Source: a virus (Duplodnaviria > Heunggongvirae > Uroviricota > Caudoviricetes). From it: 64,000 nt of DNA. The position numbers and the translations under genes are program-made. The stretch lies in IMG/VR virus record IMGVR_UViG_2693429668_000006; one strand, written 5' to 3'. The notes below the pieces were generated by a model that worked only from the letters and a program-made list of their open reading frames with translations, was not told the origin of the DNA and made no database searches. This document shows, piece by piece, positions 9,995-20,768 of the stretch; position 1 is the stretch's first letter, and each line of letters begins with the position of its first letter.

Positions 9995-11137
9995 TTACAG
10001 GTCTGCAAACTGGCTTAGAGAAGCCTTGTCCACGGTAGAATCGATCTGACCTACCAGATATGTGCTTTGCTCTGCCTCTTGTGGTGCAATTTGCAGTGTG
10101 TCGGTTAACAACCACTTGTTCATCCAGACCAGCGGATCTGTGGTAACTTCTGGAAATAAAGCCTTCAGGCCAAGACGATTCATAGCCAGATTGGTGCGGT
10201 ATTTTACATAGGTCTTCAGAATATCCGCGTTTAAACCAATCATCGAACCGTCTTTGAAGAGATAGTCTGCCCAGTTCATTTCTTGTTCGGCGACTGATTT
10301 CATGGTGTCGTAAATGACGTTTTCTTCATCAGCAGCAATCTCTTTCCACAATAAACCTTCGCGACCGGTACGCATGAAGCGGATCATGCGTTCAGTTCCT
10401 TCGCAATGCAGAGCTTCATCACGGGCAATAAAGCGCATAATTTTGGTGTTACCCTCAAGCAACTTCCGTTCGCCAAAGGCAAACGTACATGCAAAACTTA
10501 CATAGAAACGGATCGCCTCAAGCGCATTAATGGACACCAACGTGCGGAAAAGCTGACGGTGCAAAGGGTATGGCTCCCAGCCATATTCATTTACGTACAG
10601 ACGTTCAAACTCTTTCTCACCTAACGACTGGCGCTCGCAGGTCATCCTATAAAGCCTGTCATATTCAGCAGAGATACTGATCGCTCGGTTGATGATTTCT
10701 TCATCCGTAACAATACCGTCAAAAACAATACTCGGATCGTCCACCATGCCACGAATAATGTGGGTGTAGCTGCGGCTATGGATAGTCTCAGAGAAAGACC
10801 ATGTTTCAACCCACGTTTCCAGTTCAGGAATAGAGATAAGCGGCAGCAGCGTTGCATTTGGGCTACGTCCCTGAACTGAATCGAGTAACGTTTGATAACG
10901 GAGATTGCTCAGAAAAATGTGACGTTCGTGGTCCCGCAGCTTCGTGTTGAAGTCGATACGATCGCTCGAAATATCAACTTCTTCCGGCCGCCAGAAGAAA
11001 GACAATTGACGTTCAATCAACTTTTCAAAATCACGGTATTTTTGCTGATCGTAACGTGCCACGTTGACAGATTGTCCGAGGAACATAGGCTCTTTGGTTG
11101 CATCATTAGCACCCAAACGGAACGTTGAATATGACAT
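9995..11137 (-). CDS. nrdB: ribonucleotide reductase class Ia beta subunit
   Basis: di-iron/tyrosyl radical region [19 protein letters not shown]; RNR small-subunit length. Confidence 0.85.
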   Translation of the reverse strand: MSYSTFRLGANDATKEPMFLGQSVNVARYDQQKYRDFEKLIERQLSFFWRPEEVDISSDRIDFNTKLRDHERHIFLSNLRYQTLLDSVQGRSPNATLLPLISIPELETWVETWSFSETIHSRSYTHIIRGMVDDPSIVFDGIVTDEEIINRAISISAEYDRLYRMTCERQSLGEKEFERLYVNEYGWEPYPLHRQLFRTLVSINALEAIRFYVSFACTFAFGERKLLEGNTKIMRFIARDEALHCEGTERMIRFMRTGREGLLWKEIAADEENVIYDTMKSVAEQEMNWADYLFKDGSMIGLNADILKTYVKYRTNLAMNRLGLKALFPEVTTDPLVWMNKWLLTDTLQIAPQEAEQSTYLVGQIDSTVDKASLSQFADL

Positions 11138-11165
11138 GTGTTTTTCCTTTTTCTTTTTTGGTGCG

Positions 11166-11187
11166 TTTAAACAAGTTGTTATCTTAT
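11166..11187 (-). promoter_or_regulatory. class-B palindromic motif TTTAAACAAGTTGTTATCTTAT (plus partial second copy 11191-11200)
   Basis: upstream of nrdB start. Confidence 0.4.
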
Positions 11188-11243
11188 GTGTTTAAACAAG
11201 GCTTACAAATCAAAGAGAAGGTGGGGATATCCCCCACCATATG

Positions 11244-13559
11244 TCAGATTTTGCAGGCTCCGTCGCACTCATCTTCTGGCTCGACGGCTACAGCTTGCGT
11301 CAGTGGATTCTGCGGTTCGTCGTCATCACGCTTTCCTGCCCCATCTCTGGTGTTGTGGTAGTAAAGCGTTTTAACTCCCATCTTGTAGGCGAGAAGCAAA
11401 TCTGACAGTAGCGTCATCATTGGGACTTTATCGCCTTCAAAGCGAGAAGGGTCATAGTTGGTATTGGCTGAAATAGCCTGGTCAAAGAACTTCTGGATGA
11501 TCGCCACCTTTGTCAGATAGCCGCGGTTGTCCGGCATATCCCACAGGTATTCATACTGTTCCTTCAGTTTTTCAAACTCAGGCACGACCATCTTAACGAT
11601 GCCGTCCTTAGAAGATTTCACCGACACCGGGCCACGAGGCGGTTCGATGCCGTTGGTGGAATTAGTGATCTGGCTGGAAGTCTCGCATGGCATTTGTGCC
11701 GTCAGTGTGGAGTTGCGAAGGCCGTATTTTGCAATACGTTCACGCAGTTCTTCCCACGGCATCTTTAACTCAAAGTTGGTTTCGCCACTTTCGTCTAATG
11801 AAGAACGGTAATGGTCGATCGGCAACTGACCAATTGCGTACTTGGTCTGCTCAAACCAGTCACACTCACCTTTTGCTTCAGCAAGTCGGCAGCTGGCATC
11901 AAGAAGGTAATACTGGATAGCTTCGAACGTTTCATGCACCAGTTTATTGCCAGCGGTATCAGAATAACGAACGCCATTCTTTGCCAGGTAATAAGCAAAG
12001 TTGGTTACACCAATTCCCAAGCTACGACGAGCTTTGGCAGGCACTTCGGCTGCCTCCATCGGATAGTCTTGATAATCCAGTAACGAATCCAGTGCAGCAA
12101 CGGCATAGAACGCCACCTCTTTAAGAGACTCCAGTGAACGGATGGCTCCGAGGTTAAAAGCGGATAAAGTGCATAGCGCGATCTCACCGTTCGGGTCGTC
12201 GGTAAATGCCAGTGGACGAGTGGGTAGAGTGATCTCCATGCACAGGTTTGACTGGCGGACAGGTGCAAGAGCAGGAATGAAAGCGCCATGCTCATTAATA
12301 TGATCGACGTTCGCAATATAAATTCGGCCCGTGGACGCTCGTTCCTGCATCAGAGATGAGAACAGCTCAATGGCAGGTACTGACTTCTTGCGAATTGAAT
12401 CATCGGCTTCGTATTTATGGTACAGCTTTTCAAACAGATCCTGGTCTGTGAAGAAGGCTTCGTACATATCAGGCACATCATGCGGGCTGAACAGAGTGAT
12501 GTTCTCGCTTCTGACGAGTCGACGGTACATTAGACGGTTACTCATGACGCCGTAATCAAGATGGCGAACGCGGTTTTCATCAATACCACGGTTATTTTTC
12601 ACCACCAGCAGACTTTCAACTTCAAGATGCCAGATCGGGTAAAACGCTGTTGCTGCGCCACCACGAACACCACCTTGCGAGCAAGATTTAACAGCAGTCT
12701 GGAAATGCTTCAGGAATGGAATAACTCCGGTATGGGTGGCTTCACCATTGCGGATCTCACTGCCCAGCGCACGGATACGGCCAAAACCAATACCAATTCC
12801 AGCACGACGTGAAACGTAGTCGATAATTGCGGCTGAAGCTGCACTAATCCCTTTCAGACTATCGCCAGACTCAATCAGCACACAACTGGAGAACTGACGG
12901 GTTGGAGTACGGACGCCAGCCATGATTGGTGTGGGCAGAGACAGTTTGAACGTACTTGTAACGTCATAGAAACCTTTGACCATCTCCATACGTGTTTTGC
13001 CCGCGCAGTCGTCTTCCCAATTCTGGAACAGACACATGCCCACCAGCATATAGATATGTTGCGGGCCTTCGTGAATCTCACCAGTAACACGGTTTTGAAC
13101 GAGGTATTTGCTTTGCAACTGCACCGTAGCTGCATAGCCAAAAAGATCGTCACGTTTCGGCTTAATGTAATTGCCGAGTTCTTCGATCTCTTCAAACGAA
13201 TAATGTGTCAGCAAATCCTTGTCATAAACGCCCTTGTTAACGTTCTTGACAATGTGTTGGTAGAAGTTCGGATAGTCGTAACGACCGAAGGCATCTTTGC
13301 GGATTTTAAAAATGTTCAGGCGGGCAGCCACCTGTGAGTAATTTGGTGCTTCTGGTGAGATCAAATCAGCGGCAGATTTAACCAAAGCCTCATGCAACTG
13401 GCTGGTGGTAATCCCATCAAAAATGCTGGCCGCAGCTCCCATTGCTACAGCGGATGCGCTTACACCACGAATGCCTTCTACGCCATACATTACGACGCGG
13501 TTGTATTTTTCTTCGGATAACGGCTCTGTTTGGCCGTTACGTTTTACGATGCTTATCAT
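11244..13559 (-). CDS. nrdA: ribonucleotide reductase class Ia alpha subunit
   Basis: 771 aa; C-terminal redox cysteine pair (...ECDGACKI); adjacent to nrdB. Confidence 0.9.
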   Translation of the reverse strand: MISIVKRNGQTEPLSEEKYNRVVMYGVEGIRGVSASAVAMGAAASIFDGITTSQLHEALVKSAADLISPEAPNYSQVAARLNIFKIRKDAFGRYDYPNFYQHIVKNVNKGVYDKDLLTHYSFEEIEELGNYIKPKRDDLFGYAATVQLQSKYLVQNRVTGEIHEGPQHIYMLVGMCLFQNWEDDCAGKTRMEMVKGFYDVTSTFKLSLPTPIMAGVRTPTRQFSSCVLIESGDSLKGISAASAAIIDYVSRRAGIGIGFGRIRALGSEIRNGEATHTGVIPFLKHFQTAVKSCSQGGVRGGAATAFYPIWHLEVESLLVVKNNRGIDENRVRHLDYGVMSNRLMYRRLVRSENITLFSPHDVPDMYEAFFTDQDLFEKLYHKYEADDSIRKKSVPAIELFSSLMQERASTGRIYIANVDHINEHGAFIPALAPVRQSNLCMEITLPTRPLAFTDDPNGEIALCTLSAFNLGAIRSLESLKEVAFYAVAALDSLLDYQDYPMEAAEVPAKARRSLGIGVTNFAYYLAKNGVRYSDTAGNKLVHETFEAIQYYLLDASCRLAEAKGECDWFEQTKYAIGQLPIDHYRSSLDESGETNFELKMPWEELRERIAKYGLRNSTLTAQMPCETSSQITNSTNGIEPPRGPVSVKSSKDGIVKMVVPEFEKLKEQYEYLWDMPDNRGYLTKVAIIQKFFDQAISANTNYDPSRFEGDKVPMMTLLSDLLLAYKMGVKTLYYHNTRDGAGKRDDDEPQNPLTQAVAVEPEDECDGACKI

Positions 13560-13605
13560 GTATCACCAAATAAAGAGGGCCACTAAATATAGTGGCTCAT
13601 GTTAA

Positions 13606-13625
13606 TAGATAAGTACTTACCTATC
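13606..13625 (-). promoter_or_regulatory. class-A palindromic motif TAGATAAGTACTTACCTATC
   Basis: upstream of nrdA. Confidence 0.45.
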
Positions 13626-13632
13626 AATGAAA

Positions 13633-14202
13633 TCAAATGAGAGACTTAAGAACATCGCGCACCTGGCGGAACTGATCTGTTTGCATACCGGTATGGATGG
13701 CAGCCACCGCATCAGCCAAATGTTCGTTTTTGTTCACGAGAACATCCTGTCCAGATTGCTTACGACGCAGCCACGGTGCTTTAGGGTGTTTTTTCGTAGC
13801 CCACTGGATAATCTCTTCTTTCGATGTAGTAAGTTTATTGCCGACAAAATGCTTGATTTCGTTTGGAGTAACCTGGATCAATGGCTTATCCACACACGCA
13901 AGTACACCGATACAAATACCGTAAGACGTCTGCGAACGAGAGTTTTGGCTCCCAACCGGTAGCTCACAAAAAACCATATTTGCCTTATCAATGATTGGCT
14001 TCGCAACACGCCATATTTCACTGGCGCGGCGCAGATCGTCACTGTTCACACGAACGGTCTTTTTGTTACTCCCCGCTTTAGTCTCAACAAGAGTAAGGCC
14101 GTGAATCTCAAGTTCGTCCGTTTCAAGGTCTAAAGTGCCCACAGCAAGCCCAAAGTTGCTCATAGAGGGATCAACACCAACTACGCTGATTTTTTTACTC
14201 AT
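13633..14202 (-). CDS. RuvC-like Holliday junction resolvase
   Basis: N-terminal VVGVDPS (cf. RuvC ILGIDPG), MVFCELPVG, C-terminal HLADAVAAIHTG (cf. RuvC ADAADALAIA). Confidence 0.55.
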   Translation of the reverse strand: MSKKISVVGVDPSMSNFGLAVGTLDLETDELEIHGLTLVETKAGSNKKTVRVNSDDLRRASEIWRVAKPIIDKANMVFCELPVGSQNSRSQTSYGICIGVLACVDKPLIQVTPNEIKHFVGNKLTTSKEEIIQWATKKHPKAPWLRRKQSGQDVLVNKNEHLADAVAAIHTGMQTDQFRQVRDVLKSLI

Positions 14203-14211
14203 ATAGTCTCC

Positions 14212-14955
14212 TTACCATGTTCCCCATATAGGGTTTTCCAATAATCTCGCCTCCAACGAATTGGCTACTATTGCCGTTTGCAACGTTGGTTGGGGATAGT
14301 TTGCAAAGTCTGAATACTCATTTTCCTGCGTGACACGTTTATCTGCGGCATGTTTAACACCACTTGCTATGAAATGACGCATGATGCCCAATAGCCTCCG
14401 ACTGTCTGCACTATCGTTTGCTAAAACATGAGGGAGCTGAAGTTCGATTTCTACCATTTCTCCATACTTACCAACAAACTGTAGTTTGTCCGCACTGTAC
14501 TTTTTATCCCTCCTTTGGATAAGGAAACCAGTAAAAGCATCACCTGGCGATGCCAAACTATCCACCCGCTTATTGGCAAGTCGAATAAGGTTCGTGAAAG
14601 CCATACAGTGATGCGCACCCATTCCCCCAAAGAACCCTTCGCTATTAATGTTAAGATCTTCAGTTTCATGGGATGCAATAAACCCAGGCCCGACGTTGGG
14701 AAGATATCCCCCCTCAACAAAAGGATTAATCAGGATCGGCGCAATACATCCAGGTGGTAGTGATTTCAAACTTTGCATCAATGGCGTCTCGGATATTAGA
14801 CCAAGCAACGCGGCGAATTGTACTCCGTCAATATTGTTGCTGCCCCACAGAATACGTGGAGCCGCACCATTGGAAGTATGCCCATTGATCAGTTTTATCG
14901 ACTGCATCACTGCAAATACCTGCAAAAACTGCGAGCGGCTTAATTTAAACGACAT
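14212..14955 (-). CDS. hypothetical protein (247 aa)
   Basis: ORF track; upstream of sbcC-like gene. Confidence 0.45.
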   Translation of the reverse strand: MSFKLSRSQFLQVFAVMQSIKLINGHTSNGAAPRILWGSNNIDGVQFAALLGLISETPLMQSLKSLPPGCIAPILINPFVEGGYLPNVGPGFIASHETEDLNINSEGFFGGMGAHHCMAFTNLIRLANKRVDSLASPGDAFTGFLIQRRDKKYSADKLQFVGKYGEMVEIELQLPHVLANDSADSRRLLGIMRHFIASGVKHAADKRVTQENEYSDFANYPQPTLQTAIVANSLEARLLENPIWGTW

Positions 14956-16861
14956 AGCTGCGCCCCTCTTTAACTTCCAGCGTAATAGTTTCCCGGAACC
15001 ATGACTTCATCTCTTTATGGGAGATAATCAGCACAGTACCTCGCTCGCGAGCTTTGGACTCCAGAATACCCATGAGGCGTTCAAGACCGGCTGTATCGAG
15101 TGCATCGTCAATTTCGTCGCCGATAAACAAATCGATGTTTTTACTCGCCCGGTTACTAACCAGATCCTGCAATGCCAAAGAACACGCAATGCGAACCTTC
15201 CGCTTCTCACCACCAGAGAGGGTCTGGAACGACTTACTTGAACCTTTCTTCTGCACACTAATGTTGAATTTGTCGCGATACTCACCTTTTTTAGTGACAT
15301 CCATCGTCGACCACTCAGCAGTAATATTCCCGTCAGACAACGTATTGAGATACTCGGCAGTGCGTGTATTCAGGAAAGGCGTAACAGACGTCAAAATATG
15401 AGAACGCACCCCGGCAGGAGAGTAGACCTGACGAGCTTTTTCCAATAGCAACGTTTGTTCCTGAATAGCCTTCAACTCATCTTTTAAGGACTTGAAGGTA
15501 GACTTACTGGATACCAAGTTATCTTCGTGTCTGGCGATAAGAGCAATAAACGGATTAATCTCTTTTGATATACGATCGACCTCAGTACGAGCACGAGTCA
15601 CAAGAGACTCAATAGCAACAACCTCCTTCTCACGATGACGCAAAGATGAGAGTTGTTTCGTAAGCTCTTCAATCCGGGCAATGATAGCCGTTACATCAGG
15701 TGTCGTTTTAACAAGGGCAGACTCAATGCTTAACGCTTTCTCAAGATTCGTTTTGTGTTTAGCCATTGCCTCTGCAAGTGTCTTCGCCTGACCAATTTCC
15801 TGACGTGCTTGTTCAATGAAATTCTCCTTCACCGTTGATAGATCTTCTTCGCAGTAGGCTTTGCCACAAGTAGGGCATGGTGATCCTACTTTAGTACCAA
15901 CCTCTTCTGCTTTGGTCTTAAAATTGCGCGCGCGGCTCATTGCATCAGCCTGACTATTTTCTGTAGCTTTGATGCTTGCCCGAATATCAGTTATCGCACC
16001 ACGAACTTTGAGCAACTTGGCGTCATGTTCTTCTTTTGAGGCTAACTTTTTGCGCTCACTTTCGATTGCCTTCTCGGTATCACGTATCTGTTCGGGAAGA
16101 GTGCGGATCTCAAGTTCAACTTCCGTTAACTCAACTTCGGCACTGGCCAGCCCAGCCAGGGCATCGTCATAACGTTTAGAACGCTCTTGCTCCCATGATT
16201 CAGAGGAGGCTTTCGCTGACTCAATTTCTGACTGTGTTGCCTCAATGGTCGAGATTGTCGACTCCAATTTGGTTTTAACCACATCCATACGTGCGGCAGC
16301 TGCATTAGCTCGCTCACGAGCAATAGCGTAGGCGCGTGTCAGTCTGTCAACGCCAGCGGCTTCTTCTACGATGGTTTTGAGGTTTTTGTCGGACATTCCA
16401 GGTAAATCTGGCATAGCTTCTTGGCTCGCATAGATGGAAGCCATGAAAACCTCTTTAGATGCACCGATCAGACGCTCGACGAACTCCTGCGTCAGCGCAT
16501 CTTTGCCTTTCGTCATATCGCCATCTTCACCACGAACGATAAGACGATTTTTGAACTCTTTGTGTTTACGGTGACGAATGATTGCGTATCTCTTGCCTTC
16601 ATCCTCGATGGTTACTGCAACACGACAGTTCTTTTCATGGTCGGTAGACAACACATCGTCACCCTTCACACCATGAGCTGTTTCGCCATAAAGACACCAC
16701 ATCAGGCTATTCATTAGAGTTGACTTTCCAGAGCCATTACTTGATGCGGAACTATCATCACTATTAACACCCTGAATAAGCACTAAACCACGCTGATCTA
16801 ACTCGACCTCCGCGCTGGCGATAGCCATAAAATTCTCAACCTGGAGCTTTAAAAACTTCAT
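14945..16861 (-). CDS. sbcC: SbcC/Rad50-like recombination ATPase
   Basis: Walker A ...NGSGKST, zinc hook CPTCG within coiled coil, signature LSGGEKRKV, Walker B DEIDDALD. Confidence 0.8.
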   Translation of the reverse strand: MKFLKLQVENFMAIASAEVELDQRGLVLIQGVNSDDSSASSNGSGKSTLMNSLMWCLYGETAHGVKGDDVLSTDHEKNCRVAVTIEDEGKRYAIIRHRKHKEFKNRLIVRGEDGDMTKGKDALTQEFVERLIGASKEVFMASIYASQEAMPDLPGMSDKNLKTIVEEAAGVDRLTRAYAIARERANAAAARMDVVKTKLESTISTIEATQSEIESAKASSESWEQERSKRYDDALAGLASAEVELTEVELEIRTLPEQIRDTEKAIESERKKLASKEEHDAKLLKVRGAITDIRASIKATENSQADAMSRARNFKTKAEEVGTKVGSPCPTCGKAYCEEDLSTVKENFIEQARQEIGQAKTLAEAMAKHKTNLEKALSIESALVKTTPDVTAIIARIEELTKQLSSLRHREKEVVAIESLVTRARTEVDRISKEINPFIALIARHEDNLVSSKSTFKSLKDELKAIQEQTLLLEKARQVYSPAGVRSHILTSVTPFLNTRTAEYLNTLSDGNITAEWSTMDVTKKGEYRDKFNISVQKKGSSKSFQTLSGGEKRKVRIACSLALQDLVSNRASKNIDLFIGDEIDDALDTAGLERLMGILESKARERGTVLIISHKEMKSWFRETITLEVKEGRSYVV

Positions 16862-17090
16862 ATAACACCTCTGATACCGTGTGTTAGCTTTTGGCCTTCT
16901 TTCAATCTGAACTCCGTATGCGCCGGGAAGGATCTGCGCCTCAATACGCCTTTTCTTGTTAACCTTCCAAGATAAAACGCTACGGGATTTCCTTGTGGCG
17001 GGGAGGGCTTGTGAAACATCACCGTCTGGCCTCGTTCAAGTCTTTTCATCGTGATGGCAAAGTCTCGAAAGCTCCCATAACGACTTTGCT

Positions 17091-18176
17091 TCACACAGCC
17101 TCCGAACTCTCCGCTTCGGTGAGGATTTCCTGACACAAAATATCCAATTTGCTCAGATCAAATCCGCCGTCAGTATCGTGGACAATCTTGCAATAAGCAG
17201 ATACCGACTCTCCCAGGCTATCGATTTTGCTGGTTTCAGTTGTGCTGGCTGTCCCTTCCATCATTGATGACTTACGGATGAAGTTGCACACGACACCTTT
17301 TGCACCCATTGTTTTGAGGATGTTCTGGTACTTAATGCCTTCTTCATCGTTCTCAATTACGGCGCGGAAACGCACGTAGTTGCCGCGAATTTGGTCATCA
17401 GCAACATCATCTTCCAGGTTAATGAATTTAGGCGCACTGGTTTCGTAGTGACTGAAACTGCCGTCCGGGTTTACGATCATGTAGCCAGCCAGAGATCCAA
17501 CATCTCCCCAATTTTGATGAGTCAGTGCACCGACACTGATAACTCCAGGAATGACCTCTTTGTGGTTGTGGTAATGCCCACTAAGCACGAGACGAAAGCC
17601 GATATCCTTTAACTCCTGCGCATCGATACCGACGTCAGGCATTGTTGGAATGGCTTTGTTAATGGATGTATGGATAACAACGTCATGATTATCACCTTCT
17701 ACGCTCTTACGTAATGCTTTCAGATCGCTGATAAGCTCCGCATGATTGTTACGCCAGCTAATCAGGTGGACAGTCACATCACCAATTTTTATTGAGTGTG
17801 GGCGCTTGCCACATACGATTACCACGCCGATAGAACTCAGCGATGCTGCTGCGTTGGCGCTATATACTGAATCGTTGGTTTCAAGATCGTGATTACCGGC
17901 CAGCATTACTACTGTCAGATCAAGCTCGTTGATAATCCACTTGTACGTTTCAGTTACGTAATGCAAAACAGAAGGGGACACAGTTCCTCGGACGTGAAAT
18001 GTATCACCGGCAACCAACATGTACTTACAACCGGCCTTCTTCATGGCGATGGCTGCTTCTTTCGTTGCTTCCAACTGTATTTCAAGTCTGGAGTTAAGCC
18101 CCTCAGCGTTCGTCGTGGAGAACGCATCCCATTTGTGGTAGTGGCAGTCAGAAATGACGCCGTATGGCAAAGTCAT
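17091..18176 (-). CDS. sbcD: SbcD/Mre11-like nuclease (calcineurin-like phosphoesterase)
   Basis: metallophosphatase motifs GDTFH, GNHD, GHYH; paired with sbcC. Confidence 0.8.
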   Translation of the reverse strand: MTLPYGVISDCHYHKWDAFSTTNAEGLNSRLEIQLEATKEAAIAMKKAGCKYMLVAGDTFHVRGTVSPSVLHYVTETYKWIINELDLTVVMLAGNHDLETNDSVYSANAAASLSSIGVVIVCGKRPHSIKIGDVTVHLISWRNNHAELISDLKALRKSVEGDNHDVVIHTSINKAIPTMPDVGIDAQELKDIGFRLVLSGHYHNHKEVIPGVISVGALTHQNWGDVGSLAGYMIVNPDGSFSHYETSAPKFINLEDDVADDQIRGNYVRFRAVIENDEEGIKYQNILKTMGAKGVVCNFIRKSSMMEGTASTTETSKIDSLGESVSAYCKIVHDTDGGFDLSKLDILCQEILTEAESSEAV

Positions 18177-18288
18177 GTATTTTTCCTTTGTGGTTATTTT
18201 GATACAAATTCTAAGAGCAATGAGGAGGTAAACAACTATGCATAACGGTATGTTAGGAATGAAACGAGCGCCTTAATATACAAAATTT

Positions 18289-18312
18289 ATAAGTAAGTAT
18301 ATACCTATTTAT
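18289..18312 (-). promoter_or_regulatory. class-A palindromic motif ATAAGTAAGTATATACCTATTTATC
   Basis: upstream of sbcD. Confidence 0.4.
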
Positions 18313-18430
18313 CGTGGCGCAACTTTGCTTGTCTGTATGACTAAAAATAAGACAGGATCACTGTAGAACGCTATGAGAGCTATTTTGAGGGGGCGTAGAT
18401 TCTATCTACGCCAATATACGATCTGGAGGG

Positions 18431-19075
18431 TTACAGCGCGTCAGTGGGCTTTTTACGCGCTGCGTTTATGCTTATGACGCCAGCTTTTGGACGTGGGTCA
18501 ACAAGGTTAAGCTCTTCTTCGCTGTGGTATTCGAGGTCGAACTCACGTTTTACATGTCTGATGTAGATTGCGGTGAGCAGGCTATCTTTGGTCAGAAAGT
18601 GTCCGTAGGATTTGCGGATCACTTCTTCTACTTTCTCGATTTTCTCACCACCCATACAGAGATGATTAAACCGGCTGTGTTTCCGCAACATTTCGTCTAC
18701 TGGGCCTGAGTAAACCTTGTCTACTTTCCCAAAACGGATGATTTTCCCTGTGTCTGCGGATACGAGGCAAATCAGCTTGTCTGGTGATAAACGATCTCGC
18801 CACGTCACACCTGAACGGAGTGTGTTGAAGTAGGGAGCATCCAATCCGATGATCGGTTTACGAAATGCGAGTAATGGAACGTACCTGATGCAACTGTTTA
18901 AATGAAAATTCACACCAGCCTTATCAAGTTTAATTCTGGTTTCGTAGATCGGGCACTTCGCCGCTATACCGCAGATGTCACAAAGCAACTTCTGCTTATT
19001 CAGGTTGGAATTTGATTCGATAGTGTAGGAGCCGTCTTCAAGACGACGAACCCAGCGCGTGCGTTTTAGATCCAT
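18431..19075 (-). CDS. hypothetical protein (214 aa)
   Basis: ORF track. Confidence 0.45.
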   Translation of the reverse strand: MDLKRTRWVRRLEDGSYTIESNSNLNKQKLLCDICGIAAKCPIYETRIKLDKAGVNFHLNSCIRYVPLLAFRKPIIGLDAPYFNTLRSGVTWRDRLSPDKLICLVSADTGKIIRFGKVDKVYSGPVDEMLRKHSRFNHLCMGGEKIEKVEEVIRKSYGHFLTKDSLLTAIYIRHVKREFDLEYHSEEELNLVDPRPKAGVISINAARKKPTDAL

Positions 19076-19274
19076 ATGTCATTTTTCTGTGATTGTTAGC
19101 CGAGGCAACGATAACCCACCAGGTGCGCCGAAGGTAGTAAATGCCTGTTTTAATTATTCACATATCCACAGGATAGATCCTAATAAAGAGATCCATAGAT
19201 AGATCCTTATATAGATCAAATAAGATCCCCGATCGCTGTAAGCCGCGCCACGACTGGTCTGAAGTCATGTTCAT

Positions 19275-19376
19275 GTATGCTGTCAGCGGTAATTGATAGT
19301 CTGTCAGCGGTTCACCGTATGCTGCCAACTGTTTTTGGTATTCTGTCAGCGGCAAATCAAGTATGCTGTCAGCGGT
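19275..19376. repeat. upstream iteron array: 5 copies of ~16-bp GTATGCTGTCAGCGGT (some degenerate)
   Basis: copies at 19275, 19295, 19317, 19338, 19361. Confidence 0.75.
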
Positions 19377-19396
19377 TGAATGACAAAGGTGTCCAC

Positions 19397-20491
19397 ATGT
19401 CCACAAAAAATAAAAAAGGTAAAAATAACAAAGAAGTAGAAGATAACATCGACAACTTTGAAGAAGGTTCCCTTGAATTGTACACAGGGGAACTTGTCCC
19501 TAATAGCAACAATACAGTCCAACCAATTGCGTTGATGCGACTGGGGTTGTTCGTCCCCACGCTTAAGGGAACAAAATACAGTAAACGTAACAAGCCAAAT
19601 GAGATCGATGCTTCAAAGGAGCTTGTCCAGCTCGAAGTAGCCCGTTCTGAAGGCTATTCCGATATCAAGATAACCGGTCCTCGCCTGGACATGGATCATG
19701 ATTTCAAAACGTGGGTGGGCGTTGTGCGTTCGCTGGCAGAATACGGCGAACCTAATGGTCGTGTCGAGTTAAGCATCACGAAATTTGCGAAGTTTTGTGG
19801 CTATCCATCGTCACAGATCCGCAAAACACTCCGCGACCGGCTTACAAACAGTCTTTTGAAGATCATGCGTACAACTCTGTCTTTCCAGAGAACGTATGAA
19901 GAAAAGAACGTCGACGGCTCTAACAAGATCTCGCTTCTGATGGTGCACCTCATCAATAGCGTGGACTACAACGAGCAGAAAGATACGGTGGTGTTCTATG
20001 CAGAACCGAAGCTGGCCGAACTATATCGCTTTGACCATAAGGTTCTTTTGCAGTTAAAGGTTATCAATAAGCTACCACGCAAAGAAACAGCACAGGCTCT
20101 GTACACCTTCATCGAAAGTCTTCCAACCAAGCCTGCGCCGGTATCGCTTGCTCGATTGCGTGCGCGACTCAATTTGAGTAGCAGGAATGTCAGCTCGCAG
20201 AATCAGACTATACGTAACGGCTTAAAAGCTCTCCAAGATTTGGGCTATCTCGAATACAGCGAGATTAAGCGTGGGCGGTCGATCTATATCCAGATTCACA
20301 GCCGCAATCCAAAACTCAAAGTCGCACCGCCAAAACCTGAAGACATCGAACCCAAAAAACCAGATGAGAAAGCCGGGGAAATTGATGCCAAACAGAACAT
20401 TATCAATAAGATAACCGAACTTTCGCAGAATTTGACGCCTGAAAATATCAAGATGATTGAGATCCTTTCCAATAGTCTCAAACTGCTTTGA
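19397..20491 (+). CDS. repA: iteron-associated replication initiator (RepA-like), 364 aa
   Basis: plus-strand gene bracketed by iterons; ATG at 19397 with RBS; longer track ORF starting inside iterons rejected. Confidence 0.6.
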   Translation: MSTKNKKGKNNKEVEDNIDNFEEGSLELYTGELVPNSNNTVQPIALMRLGLFVPTLKGTKYSKRNKPNEIDASKELVQLEVARSEGYSDIKITGPRLDMDHDFKTWVGVVRSLAEYGEPNGRVELSITKFAKFCGYPSSQIRKTLRDRLTNSLLKIMRTTLSFQRTYEEKNVDGSNKISLLMVHLINSVDYNEQKDTVVFYAEPKLAELYRFDHKVLLQLKVINKLPRKETAQALYTFIESLPTKPAPVSLARLRARLNLSSRNVSSQNQTIRNGLKALQDLGYLEYSEIKRGRSIYIQIHSRNPKLKVAPPKPEDIEPKKPDEKAGEIDAKQNIINKITELSQNLTPENIKMIEILSNSLKLL

Positions 20492-20608
20492 TATGCTGTC
20501 AGCGGTGAAATGTATGCTATCAGCGGCTATTTTTCTGAAAAGTATGCTGTGAACGGTTAAAGATATGCTACCAGCGGTATAGTGAGATAAACGTATGCTG
20601 TGAGCGGT
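20491..20608. repeat. downstream iteron cluster 1 (5 copies)
   Basis: copies at 20491, 20512, 20542, 20563, 20593 with alternating 21/30-bp spacing; first overlaps rep stop codon. Confidence 0.75.
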
Positions 20609-20768
20609 AAATCATCTATCACCACTCAATGCTCTTTTATACCTCCCCAGTGGTTACTAACCTCGAAGAGTGCATTCCATATAGGTTTGCGCTCACTAAC
20701 ATTCTATTCCCATTGCGCTGATTACTTGTAGTGAAAGGTATTTATTGCCTGCTGCTCCCTGATAGAAC

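Noticed and set aside
9918-10115. N-terminal 66 codons of track ORF 9048-10115
   Set aside because: They overlap the 3-prime end of nrdB in another frame; an in-frame ATG with RBS at 9917 gives a non-overlapping gene.
19158-19406. Minus-strand ORF 19158-19406 and the track-extended Rep start at 19277
   Set aside because: Both read through the upstream iterons; the Rep ATG with RBS is at 19397.
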